Shown: one piece after another, positions 29,358 to 38,934 of the stretch
Layout of the letters: each line of letters begins with the position of its first letter
How positions within the stretch are numbered: position 1 is the first letter of the stretch
Origin: Elusimicrobiota bacterium
GTDB lineage: Bacteria > Elusimicrobiota > Elusimicrobia > UBA1565 > UBA9628
Reading direction: 5' to 3'
Length of the DNA stretch: 64,000 nucleotides
NCBI GenBank assembly: GCA_035606075.1
Contig: DATNGC010000004.1
Span: 16,932-80,931 of the forward strand
Position numbers and translations under genes: made by a program
The notes under the pieces: generated by a model
The model's database searches: none
Seen by the model: the letters and a program-made list of their open reading frames with translations, nothing else
What the model was told of the DNA's origin: nothing

Positions 29358-30593
29358 ATGGGACGCGCGGCCGCCGGGCCGATGCGGAGACTCTCCGCCG
29401 GGCCTCCCGGGCACAGACGCCCGAGAGCGGATTTGCGTCGCGCCCACGTCGCCAAGGGCATCATCACGCTGTACCGCAACGCGCCCATCGGGATCGCGCG
29501 GCTCTCGCCGGAGGGCCGCTTCCTGCGGGCCAACGCCGCCCTGACGCGGCTCCTGGGCTACTCGGAGCGCGAGATGCGCCTTCGGGATTTCGACGCGGTG
29601 ACGCACCCGGAGGACGTCGACCACTGCCGGCGGCTCTTCTTCCGCCTCCAGCGCGGCGAGATCGACCGCTTCGAGATGGAGAAGCGGTTCCTGCGCAAGG
29701 ACGGCGCCGTCGTCTGGGCGCACGTGGCCGTCGCCGCGGTGCGCCGCGGCGGCCGCCTGCTTCACACGGTGGGCTTCGCGACGGACATCTCCCGGAGGAA
29801 GCGCGCCGAGGCGAGGCTGCAGCGGCTCACGGCCGAGCTCGAGCGGCGCGTCGGCCTGCGCACCGCGGACCTCGCGCGCTCCAACGAGGCGCTCGAGGTC
29901 TACGCGAACGCGGTCTCACACGACCTCAACGCCCCCCTCCAGAAGATCTCCATGTCCGCGGAGCTGCTCCGCGAGCGCGCGGAGGGGAAGCTCGATCCGC
30001 AGGACCTGGACCATCTCTCGCGCATCTGCCGCTCGGCGTCGCGCATGGCCAAGCTCATCGCCGACGTGCTCGTCCTCTCGCGAGTGGGCCGCGAGAAGCT
30101 TCCCCTCGAGTCCGTCGATCTCAACGCCGCGGCGGCCGACGCCGTGTCGGACCTGGAAACGGCGTTCGCGGAGAGCGGCGGCGCGATCGAGATCGGGCGC
30201 CTGCCGACCGTGCGCGCCCACGCGAGCCACATGCGGCAGATCATGCAGAACCTGATCTCCAACGCGCTCAAGTTCCGCCGCGACGACGAGATCCCCCGCA
30301 TCGAGATCGCCTCGGCCCCGAATCCGGAGGGCGGCGTCGACATCACGGTCCGCGACAACGGGATCGGCTTCGAGCAGAGGTTCGCCGAGCAGATCTTCGA
30401 GCCTTTCCGCCGCCTCAACGCCGCCTCCGATTACGAGGGCAGCGGGATCGGCCTCACGACGTGCCGCCGGATCGCCCGCCTCTACGGCGGCCGCATCCGC
30501 GCGATCGGCGCGCCGGGCCGCGGCGCGACCTTCATCCTCCACCTGCCGGCCGAGGCGTTGGGGCCCGAACGCCGCGAGGGCAATAAAAGCTAA
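29358..30593 (+). CDS. PAS-domain sensor histidine kinase (HisKA plus HATPase_c); orphan
   Basis: A PAS fold is followed by the H-box VSHDLNAPL and the N, G1 and G2 boxes (NLISNALKF, DNGIGF, GSGIGL). No response regulator lies adjacent, and the true start may be internal. Confidence 0.8.
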   Translation: MGRAAAGPMRRLSAGPPGHRRPRADLRRAHVAKGIITLYRNAPIGIARLSPEGRFLRANAALTRLLGYSEREMRLRDFDAVTHPEDVDHCRRLFFRLQRGEIDRFEMEKRFLRKDGAVVWAHVAVAAVRRGGRLLHTVGFATDISRRKRAEARLQRLTAELERRVGLRTADLARSNEALEVYANAVSHDLNAPLQKISMSAELLRERAEGKLDPQDLDHLSRICRSASRMAKLIADVLVLSRVGREKLPLESVDLNAAAADAVSDLETAFAESGGAIEIGRLPTVRAHASHMRQIMQNLISNALKFRRDDEIPRIEIASAPNPEGGVDITVRDNGIGFEQRFAEQIFEPFRRLNAASDYEGSGIGLTTCRRIARLYGGRIRAIGAPGRGATFILHLPAEALGPERREGNKS

Positions 30594-30602
30594 GATCGCG
30601 GC

Positions 30603-31616
30603 GTGACCGAAGGCCCTCGAAAGCCCGCGTGCCCCGTGTGCGGCGCGCGCGAGACGAAGCCGGTCGAAAGCTGGCGCGACCCCGTGGCCGGCAAGGATTA
30701 CGTCCTGCTCGAGTGCGCGGGCTGCGCGCTCGTCTACGCCTGGCCCTTGCTCTTCCCCGGCGGCGAATGGTACGAGAAGTTCAACTACGTCGGCGGGTAC
30801 GACGAGACCGCCGCCCAGGCCAGCAAGACCGACTTCCCCTACTTCCTCGACCGCTTGCCGCGGCCCAACCGCGGCCGTTTCCTCGACGTCGGCTGCGCGG
30901 CGGGCCATTTCCTCCTCATGGCGAAGGCGCGCGGCTACGACGTCGAGGGCTTGGAGGTCGACGAGCGCTTCGTGAAGAAAGCGCACGACTTCGGGCTGAC
31001 CGGAGTGCGCAAGGGGCTCCTGGACGAGGACTTCGCCCGCGCGCACGCCGGAGCGTTCGACGTCGTGTCGATGCTCGAGGTGCTCGAGCACGTCGACGAC
31101 CCGCGCGGCTTCCTGAATCTCGCCGGGCGGGTCTTGAAGCCGGGCGGCCGCTTGGTCGTGGCCGTTCCCGACAACCGCCGGCCGACGCCGTTCGGCCGCG
31201 ATTACTTCGATTATCCGCCGCATCATCTGACGCGCTGGAAACCGCGCGCGCTGCGGCTGGCGCTGGAGAGCGCCGGACTTCGCGTGGACGACGTCCACGC
31301 CAAGCCGCTCCCCGTCGTCGACTTGTCCCGGATTTGGGCGGACCGGTCGGCGCAGACGATCCTGCGTCTCATCAAGCGGGTCCGCTACGGCCGCGCCGCG
31401 GCGGCGCGATCGATGGACGAGATCGCGGCCGCGGAGGCGGCGGCGGGGCGGCCGAACGTCCTCCCCGACAAGGCCGCGCGCCTGAAGCTGGTCTACTTCT
31501 ACCACTCCGTCTTCAACGCGGCCAGCTACCCCTTCTTCGGCCTGATGACGCTGTATTACCGGCTGACGCGGCCCGGCATGGGGCACACGCTGCTGGCCGT
31601 CGCCCGCAAGGACTGA
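30603..31616 (+). CDS. SAM-dependent methyltransferase with an N-terminal zinc-ribbon domain (paralog of 24357-25316)
   Basis: GTG start. A CPVCGA...CAGCA ribbon precedes LDVGCAAGHF (motif I). Confidence 0.7.
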   Translation: MTEGPRKPACPVCGARETKPVESWRDPVAGKDYVLLECAGCALVYAWPLLFPGGEWYEKFNYVGGYDETAAQASKTDFPYFLDRLPRPNRGRFLDVGCAAGHFLLMAKARGYDVEGLEVDERFVKKAHDFGLTGVRKGLLDEDFARAHAGAFDVVSMLEVLEHVDDPRGFLNLAGRVLKPGGRLVVAVPDNRRPTPFGRDYFDYPPHHLTRWKPRALRLALESAGLRVDDVHAKPLPVVDLSRIWADRSAQTILRLIKRVRYGRAAAARSMDEIAAAEAAAGRPNVLPDKAARLKLVYFYHSVFNAASYPFFGLMTLYYRLTRPGMGHTLLAVARKD

Positions 31617-31629
31617 CGGAGCCGCCCGG

Positions 31630-33123
31630 TCAGGCCTTGGCGAACCAGCGGATCACGCCGCGCGTGTCCTCCTCCGGCAGGGCGCGCCACGCCAGCCCGA
31701 GATACGCAAGGCCCGCGGCGGCATTGACCGCCAGGAACCCCGGCCAGGTCCACGCCCAGCCGCGGAGAAGCCACGCGACCAGGACGAGCGCGCCCGTCGG
31801 CGGGACAAGCGGGCCCGCGATCTCGCGCAGGAAGCGCCCCCAGGACAATTGGATGAGGTGACGGTGCGTCGCGTCCAGGAAATAAAGGGTCGCGGCGGCC
31901 TGCGCGACGAGCGCGCCGGCCGCCGCTCCGGCGATCCCCCAGCGCGGGATGAGGAACGGCCAAAGCGCGAGGCAGATCAGCGCCTGGCCCCACATCGCCA
32001 CCGAATTGTAATGCCCTCCGTCGAGGCCGCCGGCGGCCGCCTTGGGCCCGAGGAAGACGATCGCGAACGTCTGCTCGACGACGAGAAGGCGCGCGGCCAC
32101 CTCCGCGCTCTTGCCGAAGGCGGGGTTGATCCATAGCCCGAGCAGCTGCGGCATCAGCACGAAGAGCAGCCCGAGCGCGGGCGCGAGCAGGGCGAAGAGC
32201 GCGCGCACGGAGCGCACGTACACCCGCGCGAGATGCTCCTTGCCCTCGACGCGGCCGACCTCGCTGAGCACCGGCATCAGCGCCGTGGAGATCATCGCGG
32301 ACGGCGTCTGCAGGCGATCGAGGACGCCCGACGGCACCGAGTAGTAGGTCAGCTCCGACATGCTGAGCTTGCCCGCGACGAAGATCTTGTCGAGCTGGGA
32401 GGAGACCAAGTTGGCGAGCACGCCCGGCATGAAGGTGAGCCCGTAGCGGAAGAACGGTTTGAACGCGAGGCGGCCCTTCGTGCCGCGATGCCGGGCCATG
32501 GCCGCGCGCAGCGCCAATCCGAGAAAGAGGAAGCCGCTCGCCTGCACGACGACGTACCACGCCGCCGCCGCCCCGAGGCCGCGCCCCATCGCCAGCACCG
32601 CGACCAGCCCGAGCGGCATCAGGATCGACTGCAGGAGCGCGAGCGCCGACGGCGCCGCGAGCCTCTGCAATCCCCAGAACGCCGCCGAGGCCCATTGAGC
32701 TCCGGCGGCGAACAATCCGCCGAGGGCGGCCGCGCGCAGGAGCCAGAACGCATGCACGCGGTAGTAGTCCGGGATGTCGAAGGTCGAGCGCGACAAGGGC
32801 CCCGCGGCCAGCCACAGCGCCGCCGAGGCCGCGCCCACGCCCAGGAAGTGGATCCAGAACGAATGCCGCAGCGCGTCGCGCAGGGCGCCGTCCTCTCCTG
32901 CCGCCTGCGCCTCGGCGACGTACTTGACCGTCGCCGTGCCGGCGCTGAACTGGAACAGGGACAGATAGTTGGCGACCGTGTACATCAGCAGGTACACGCC
33001 GTAGGCTTCGGTGCCGAACCCGCGCAGGAGATACGGCAGCGTGAAGAAATTGACGAGGATGGTGCCCGCCTGTCCGGCCAGGCTCCAGCTCACGTTGCGC
33101 GCGAAGCGACGCCCTCGGCTCAT
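31630..33123 (-). CDS. Wzx-like oligosaccharide flippase (MOP/polysaccharide biosynthesis protein family)
   Basis: 497 aa with about 12-14 TM helices; topology and N-terminal region are typical of Wzx. Confidence 0.65.
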   Translation of the reverse strand: MSRGRRFARNVSWSLAGQAGTILVNFFTLPYLLRGFGTEAYGVYLLMYTVANYLSLFQFSAGTATVKYVAEAQAAGEDGALRDALRHSFWIHFLGVGAASAALWLAAGPLSRSTFDIPDYYRVHAFWLLRAAALGGLFAAGAQWASAAFWGLQRLAAPSALALLQSILMPLGLVAVLAMGRGLGAAAAWYVVVQASGFLFLGLALRAAMARHRGTKGRLAFKPFFRYGLTFMPGVLANLVSSQLDKIFVAGKLSMSELTYYSVPSGVLDRLQTPSAMISTALMPVLSEVGRVEGKEHLARVYVRSVRALFALLAPALGLLFVLMPQLLGLWINPAFGKSAEVAARLLVVEQTFAIVFLGPKAAAGGLDGGHYNSVAMWGQALICLALWPFLIPRWGIAGAAAGALVAQAAATLYFLDATHRHLIQLSWGRFLREIAGPLVPPTGALVLVAWLLRGWAWTWPGFLAVNAAAGLAYLGLAWRALPEEDTRGVIRWFAKA

Positions 33124-33165
33124 GGTTCGAGGCCGATGATACCAATAAAAGCCGAGATCGCCGCG

Positions 33166-34212
33166 CTACGGGGCCAGGTACAGCTCAGGGCAGTTCCGAC
33201 AGAGCGGGTTCTTCACGTCGTTGTCGAGGAACTCTCGACGGAGCCGCTGCATCTCCGGGCCGTTCCACATCTCGTCGATCTTCTGGTTCTTGACGTCGCC
33301 GAGAACGTACTTCTTGTCGTAGTCGTAGCAGCACGGCACCACGCAGCCGTCCCAGGAAACGCTCACCTTCTCCCATGGGACGTTGCAGACGACCTTGCGG
33401 GTCTTTTGGAGCTCGGCGTTGTCGACCTTCGCGTCGGCGAGGCGGTTGACGTCGGCCGCGTCGCCGTTCCAGACCTTGAACTCCTTCGCCGCGAACTCGT
33501 CGATGCCGGGGAGGGCCTCCCAATATCTCCGCAGCTGCTCGATGCTGTCGCGGTTCATGGCGAAATCGATCATGCCCAAGGCGACGTGGGTCTTGCTCCC
33601 CAGCTCGATCTTCAGCTTCAAGAACTCGAGCAGATTGCTCTTGGACTTCTCGTAGGCGTCCTTGACCCCGCGGATCTTGTAGAACGACTCGTCGTCGTGG
33701 CCGTCGAGCGCGATGTTCAGGAACGCGATCCCGGATTCGAGCAGGTCGCGGGACACGGACGGCTTGAGCAGCAAGGGATTGATCGAGAGCCCGGTGCGCA
33801 GGCCCTTGGAGACCGCGTAGCGAATGAACTTCCCGAACTCCGGATGCACGAGGCTCTCGCCGAACTGATGCAGCCAGGTGATCTCCTCGGCGGCCGCCCG
33901 CGGGTTGGCCGAGGCGTATTCGTCGACGATGGTCTTGAACGTCTCGAAATCCATCACGCCTTCCGCGCGCGTCATGTTGTTGGTGCGCGCGCACATGATG
34001 CATTTGAAGGGACAGCGGTTGGTCAGCTCGAGGTTGAAGAGGGTCCAGCGTTCGTCCGTGACGGCGGCGCGCCGGTCGATCTTGCGCGCGCGGCGCCAAT
34101 TCCGGTATCGATCCAGGCCCTTTCGAGCCGAAGGATGCCTGTCGATGAATCGATGAACGGCGTTCTTTAAGTCGAGGATCATGGGAGACCGAAGGCGGAG
34201 GGGGCCGGCCAT
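33166..34212 (-). CDS. Radical SAM enzyme with a C-terminal SPASM domain
   Basis: CPFKCIMC is the CxxxCxxC radical-SAM cluster motif. A Cys-rich C-terminus (CNVPW...CVVPCCYDYD...CRNCPE) indicates a SPASM auxiliary cluster domain. The alternative start MILDLK lies 10 codons in. Confidence 0.75.
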   Translation of the reverse strand: MAGPLRLRSPMILDLKNAVHRFIDRHPSARKGLDRYRNWRRARKIDRRAAVTDERWTLFNLELTNRCPFKCIMCARTNNMTRAEGVMDFETFKTIVDEYASANPRAAAEEITWLHQFGESLVHPEFGKFIRYAVSKGLRTGLSINPLLLKPSVSRDLLESGIAFLNIALDGHDDESFYKIRGVKDAYEKSKSNLLEFLKLKIELGSKTHVALGMIDFAMNRDSIEQLRRYWEALPGIDEFAAKEFKVWNGDAADVNRLADAKVDNAELQKTRKVVCNVPWEKVSVSWDGCVVPCCYDYDKKYVLGDVKNQKIDEMWNGPEMQRLRREFLDNDVKNPLCRNCPELYLAP

Positions 34213-34287
34213 CCACTATAATCCCGTTGGCGGCGCATGTCAAGGGCGCGGCCGCCTCGCCCGAATCTTGCTACTGTATTGCCGAAA

Positions 34288-35208
34288 ATGAAGAATTTGG
34301 CCGCCCGGACCTTCGCTTGGCTCGTCGAACGGCTTCCGGCGCGCTTCCGAGAGCGGATGTTCCTGGCCTGCGCCGCCTCGCTCGGGGTCGAATCGTTCGT
34401 CGTGACCGGAAAGCTGGGCGAGTTCGAAGGCGGAATCCGCGACCGGATGGTCCATGGGGCCTACCTCCAGGATCGGACTTGGGCCCCCGCCCTGCAGGAG
34501 GTCCTGGCGGACCGGCTGTTCCGGAAAGGGGAGGGCGCGTACATCGACGTCGGCGCCAACATCGGCCTGACGACCATCCCCCTGGCGCGCGCGCGACACG
34601 TCGAATGCCACGCGTTCGAACCCGAGGCGCGCAACAACGCCTTCCTCCGCAAGAACGTCATCGCCAACCGGGTGGGCGACCGGGTGCGCACCTATGATTT
34701 CGCGCTGAGCGACGCGGACGCAGAGCTGGTCTTCGAGCTCGCGTCCGACAACATGGGCGATCATCGGGTCCGCGCCGCGGGCCCCGCCGAAGTCCGGACC
34801 GGTGAGCCGAACCGTTACGGCGAGCATTTGCGGGAGACCACGGTGGTCCAAGGCCGGCGGCTCGACGGGATCCTCGACGTCTCGACGCTGCGGCGGCCGT
34901 TGGTCATGAAGCTGGACGCGCAAGGCTCCGAGGTCAAAGCCCTCCGGGGAGCGCCGCGCTTGCTCCACGAATTGGACGCGCTGATCGTCGAGTTCTGGCC
35001 GTACGGTCTGCGCCGCTTGGGAGATTCACCGGAAGAACTCATCGAGCTCGTGCGAGGATTCCCGTTCGGAGCCGTTTTGAGCGGGCCCGAGGCCGCTGCC
35101 GGCCTGCGGCCGGCGGAAGAAGCGCTGGCTCTCATGCGGGCATTGGGCGAGCGGAAGGACGACCCAGGCTGGCTGGACGTGGTCTTCACCCGGACCCAGA
35201 CTTGGTAG
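34288..35208 (+). CDS. FkbM-family methyltransferase
   Basis: Start taken at MKNLAARTF. IDVGANIGLTT is the FkbM motif I. An upstream in-frame extension to 34237 is possible. Confidence 0.65.
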   Translation: MKNLAARTFAWLVERLPARFRERMFLACAASLGVESFVVTGKLGEFEGGIRDRMVHGAYLQDRTWAPALQEVLADRLFRKGEGAYIDVGANIGLTTIPLARARHVECHAFEPEARNNAFLRKNVIANRVGDRVRTYDFALSDADAELVFELASDNMGDHRVRAAGPAEVRTGEPNRYGEHLRETTVVQGRRLDGILDVSTLRRPLVMKLDAQGSEVKALRGAPRLLHELDALIVEFWPYGLRRLGDSPEELIELVRGFPFGAVLSGPEAAAGLRPAEEALALMRALGERKDDPGWLDVVFTRTQTW

Positions 35209-35219
35209 GATAGCGCGCG

Positions 35220-35960
35220 ATGACGCTCCCGACCGAAGACTATCGCGAGGTCCTGCGCCGCCGATATTCCGAGTTCCACGCGCAGGCCGCCGCGAACCCG
35301 CCGTCGGCGGAGCTCTTCGCCTATTACGACCGCGTTTACCGCCTGACGTTCGGGCCGCTCCTGCCGGCCGACCGGAACGCGGCCGTCTTCGAGCTCGGCT
35401 GCGGGACCGGCTCCTTCCTCCATTACCTCCGCTCGGCGGGCTACCGGAACGTCACGGGCGTGGACAGCGACGAATCCTCGATCGCCGCGGCCAAGAAGCT
35501 CGGAGTCGAGGGAGCCGAGGCCGGCGACGCCTACGAGCGGCTTTCGCGCGAGAAGGGCTCCTATGACGCCGTCGTCGCCATCGACGTGCTCGAGCATTTC
35601 CGCAAGGACGAGCTGTTCCCCCTTCTGCGCGCCATGCACGGAGCGCTTCGCCCCGGCGGCGTCGTGATCTGGCGCGTCCCGAACGCGGCGGGACCGTTCT
35701 TCGGCCGCATCCGCTATGGCGACCTGACCCACGAGAACGCCTTCACGCGGCTGAGCGCCCATCAGGCGCTGACGGCGGCCGGGTTCGACTCGGTGGAGTC
35801 CCGCGGCGAGAAGCCGGTCGTGACGGGAGCGCGAAGCCTTCTGCGCGCGGCCCTGTGGGCCGGGATCGTCCTGCTCGCGCGGGTCTATCTCTTCGCCGAA
35901 TCCTTCGAGACCGCGCCGATCCTCGAGCCGAACCTGCTCGTCCGCGCCCGCCGGCCCTAG
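35220..35960 (+). CDS. Class I SAM-dependent methyltransferase
   Basis: 246 aa. FELGCGTGSF is motif I. Confidence 0.75.
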   Translation: MTLPTEDYREVLRRRYSEFHAQAAANPPSAELFAYYDRVYRLTFGPLLPADRNAAVFELGCGTGSFLHYLRSAGYRNVTGVDSDESSIAAAKKLGVEGAEAGDAYERLSREKGSYDAVVAIDVLEHFRKDELFPLLRAMHGALRPGGVVIWRVPNAAGPFFGRIRYGDLTHENAFTRLSAHQALTAAGFDSVESRGEKPVVTGARSLLRAALWAGIVLLARVYLFAESFETAPILEPNLLVRARRP

Positions 35961-36718
35961 GCCGGCTTCACCGCGTACACGAGCGCGACGCCCTGGGTGA
36001 GCCCGTCGACGTGGGACGGCACGTCCCGCAGCCGCTCCTCCGGAACCTCGACCCACGCGGCCTGCTTTTCTCCGTGGAAGAAGCGCTTCTCGCGGACCTC
36101 GAATCCCTCGATCAGCCGGGCCAAGCCGGCCGAGTCGTAGACGCGATAGCCCGGGTTCTGTCCGGCGAGGCCGAACGGGACGGTCAGCAAGAGCGCTCCG
36201 CCGGGCTTGAGGACCTTCAGGAACTTGCGGAGGAGGACCCGGTCGCCGGACTCGCGCGAGTCCCCGCCGTAGGCCTCGAGGCCGCAATGCTCCACCGCGG
36301 AGACGGCGACGACGGCGTCGAAGGAATTCTCCGGGACGTCCTTCTCCAGAAAATCTCCGCGCAGCAGCTCGAAATTGGGGTGAGCGTGGCCGTACTCGCG
36401 CAGGTCGGCGCCGACGACGCGGTAGCCCATCGCCGCCAGCTCGAGGGCGAGCGGGCTGTTGCTGCAGCCGAAGTCGAGGACTCTCGCGCCCGGCAGGGAC
36501 GCGAGCTTCTGCAGGACGAAAGGCATCTCGACGATCCGCTCGTTGACGGCGGGCGCGAGGAAGCGCCGCTTGAGGCGCAGCCACGGGATGCGCCACACCC
36601 AGGCGCGCGCGCGCGGGCTCAACTGCTGGTCGGGCGCCTGCTGGATCGGGGCGATGATCGACGTCAGGTACAACGGCGACTCGGCCGGCGTGAAGAGCAG
36701 CTTCAGGAACCGGAGCAT
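35957..36718 (-). CDS. Class I SAM-dependent methyltransferase
   Basis: The start was re-set to the ATG at 36718 (MLRFLKLLF). VLDFGCSNSPL is motif I. The remainder of the 423-aa track ORF is an out-of-frame Arg-rich extension. Confidence 0.65.
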   Translation of the reverse strand: MLRFLKLLFTPAESPLYLTSIIAPIQQAPDQQLSPRARAWVWRIPWLRLKRRFLAPAVNERIVEMPFVLQKLASLPGARVLDFGCSNSPLALELAAMGYRVVGADLREYGHAHPNFELLRGDFLEKDVPENSFDAVVAVSAVEHCGLEAYGGDSRESGDRVLLRKFLKVLKPGGALLLTVPFGLAGQNPGYRVYDSAGLARLIEGFEVREKRFFHGEKQAAWVEVPEERLRDVPSHVDGLTQGVALVYAVKPA

Positions 36719-38646
36719 AGGCCTCCGGCGTGAGCGTGCTCGGCCGCCGGTCCCGCGGCGTGGCGGTGCCACAGCTCCAGCATCAGCAGGGCCCAGAGGC
36801 GGTAGCCGTTGTCGCGGCCGCCGGCTTGGTGGGCGTTCCAGAGCTCGCGCAGGCCCTTCTCCGTGAAGTACCCGCGGGCCAGCGCATCCTTCGACAGCAC
36901 GTGATCGGCCCAGTAATCCTTGAGCGGCCCGCGGAACCACGCGCCCAGCGGGATGCCGAAACCCATCTTCTTGCGCGCGAGGATCTCCGGCGGCAGGAGG
37001 TCCTTGAAGGCCTCCTTGAAGATCCATTTGTGGCCGGTCAAGCCCTTGAGCTTCCAGTCGCCGGGCATGCGGTAGGCGAGCTCGACGAACTCGTGGTCGA
37101 GCAGCGGCGAGCGCCCCTCGAGCGAGCAGGCCATCGTGGCCACGTCGACCTTGGCCATGAGGCACTCGGGCAGGTACGTCTTGAAGTCGACGTAGAGCAT
37201 GCGGTTGACGAAGTCCTCGCCCCGGCACGCGTCGAAGGCGCGCGCGAGGTAGTTCTTGGCGCCGCCCACGTCGCCGCCGAGCGCCTTCATGAACTCCGGC
37301 GAGTACAGCGCGGGCTTCTCGTCCTCGGCGAAGTAGCCGATCATCTTGAGATGGCGGCCGGGCAGGTCGTTGAACAAGGCCGAGCGCAGGAAACGCTTGG
37401 TCCGCCAGAGCTTGCCGTGCGGCGCGTCGAACTCGGGCAGGAGCTCGGCGCCGGCCTTGAGCGCGGCGAGCGCGGGCTTGGGCAGAAGGTCCGAGACGCG
37501 CGCGGGCTTCATCGCGAAGTAGCGCACGTAGCCGGCGAAGTTCTCGTCGCCGCCGTCGCCGTTGAGGGCGACGGTGACGAATTTACGCGTCTCACGGGAC
37601 ACGTAGTACGTCGGAAGCGCGGATGCGTCTGCGTAGGGTTCTCCGTAATGCCAGGCCAGTTTGGGAAGCACGTCGGCCATTTGCGGCTTCACGATGAACT
37701 CAGTGTGATCGGTCTTATATCGATCAGCCACCATCTTCGCGAAGTGCGCTTCGGAGAAGCGTTCTTCGTCGAACCCGATCGAGAAAGTCTTCACCGGCTT
37801 CGACGAGAGCCGGCTCATCAAGGCGACGATGATGGAGGAATCGATGCCGCCGGACAGGAAGGCGCCGAGCGGGACGTCCGAGATCATGCGCAGCTTGACC
37901 GATTCGGTGAGCTTCTCGCGCAGCAGCCGCTTGGCTTCCTCGACGTCCGTCGTGACGGGCTCTTGTCCCAGCGGGAGATCCCAATATCTTTCGACGGTCG
38001 TCTTGCCGTTCTCCCACGTCAGAGAATGACCGGGCGGGAGCTTCTTGACCGATTTATAGATCGTGCCGGGCGACGGGATGTACTGCAAGGCCAGATACAC
38101 GTCGACCGCGCGAGGCTCCACATCACGAGGCAGATTCGGGTCGAGCGCGAAGAGACACCGGAGTTCCGATCCGAAGACAAGCGTGCCGCCGGGGCGCTCC
38201 GCGTAGACCAGCGGCTTCTTGCCGACGCGGTCGCGAGCGATGAACAGCCGCTGCTTCTTCTTGTCCCAGATCGCGAAGGCGAACATGCCGCGCAGCTTGC
38301 TCACGCAGGCCGCCCCCATCTCTTGATATAGGGCGAGGATCGCTTCCGTATCGGATTGCGTCTTGAGGCGGTGCCCGCGAGAGAGAAGCTCTTCGCGCAA
38401 GGACTGATAGTTATAGATCTCCCCGTTGAAGACGATCCATAGGCTATCGTCGGCGTAAGATAGCGGCTGATGCCCTGTATTGAGATCGATGATGGCCAAC
38501 CGCCGCATCGCGAGCGCGACGGGACCGTCGATATAGAATCCCTCGTCGTCCGGACCGCGATGGGCGATCAGGTCGTTGGCGTTCTTAAGGCGCGCCCGAT
38601 CGGGCGCCCGGCCCCGGCCCTCGACGACGCCGCAGATGCCGCACAT
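36703..38646 (-). CDS. asnB: Asparagine synthase (glutamine-hydrolysing) family amidotransferase
   Basis: 647 aa. MCGI is the N-terminal nucleophile Cys of the GATase-II domain, and SGGIDSS is the PP-loop of the synthetase domain. Confidence 0.9.
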   Translation of the reverse strand: MCGICGVVEGRGRAPDRARLKNANDLIAHRGPDDEGFYIDGPVALAMRRLAIIDLNTGHQPLSYADDSLWIVFNGEIYNYQSLREELLSRGHRLKTQSDTEAILALYQEMGAACVSKLRGMFAFAIWDKKKQRLFIARDRVGKKPLVYAERPGGTLVFGSELRCLFALDPNLPRDVEPRAVDVYLALQYIPSPGTIYKSVKKLPPGHSLTWENGKTTVERYWDLPLGQEPVTTDVEEAKRLLREKLTESVKLRMISDVPLGAFLSGGIDSSIIVALMSRLSSKPVKTFSIGFDEERFSEAHFAKMVADRYKTDHTEFIVKPQMADVLPKLAWHYGEPYADASALPTYYVSRETRKFVTVALNGDGGDENFAGYVRYFAMKPARVSDLLPKPALAALKAGAELLPEFDAPHGKLWRTKRFLRSALFNDLPGRHLKMIGYFAEDEKPALYSPEFMKALGGDVGGAKNYLARAFDACRGEDFVNRMLYVDFKTYLPECLMAKVDVATMACSLEGRSPLLDHEFVELAYRMPGDWKLKGLTGHKWIFKEAFKDLLPPEILARKKMGFGIPLGAWFRGPLKDYWADHVLSKDALARGYFTEKGLRELWNAHQAGGRDNGYRLWALLMLELWHRHAAGPAAEHAHAGGLCSGS

Positions 38647-38934
38647 GGCTGTTTTATACCAAAAGCAGCGTTGTGGCCGCCCAGATTCGCGGCGCGCGGC
38701 GCCACAGTGGGCATTCTGTCAACTTTTGCATCCAATCCATCCACTGAATCGACATGATTCTGTCAACTTTCCGGTCCAAGTTGACAATATCGAGTGTTGA
38801 ATTATCATTATAAATAAAGCATAAATTTAGACGGCCATGGCCGAAAATTGCCTTGCGGATTTCCAGCAATAGAGCTATAATTTCTGTGTAGCCCGGCCAA
38901 GTCGAATTCCGAAGCTCCTGCTTCGGCCGTAGTC

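Noticed and set aside
38576-38869. Small ORFs 38576-38800 (+, 74 aa) and 38654-38869 (-, 71 aa) in the low-GC spacer
   Set aside because: No RBS or domain support. The region is better explained as promoter/repeat-containing non-coding DNA; a small-protein gene cannot be excluded but is not supported.
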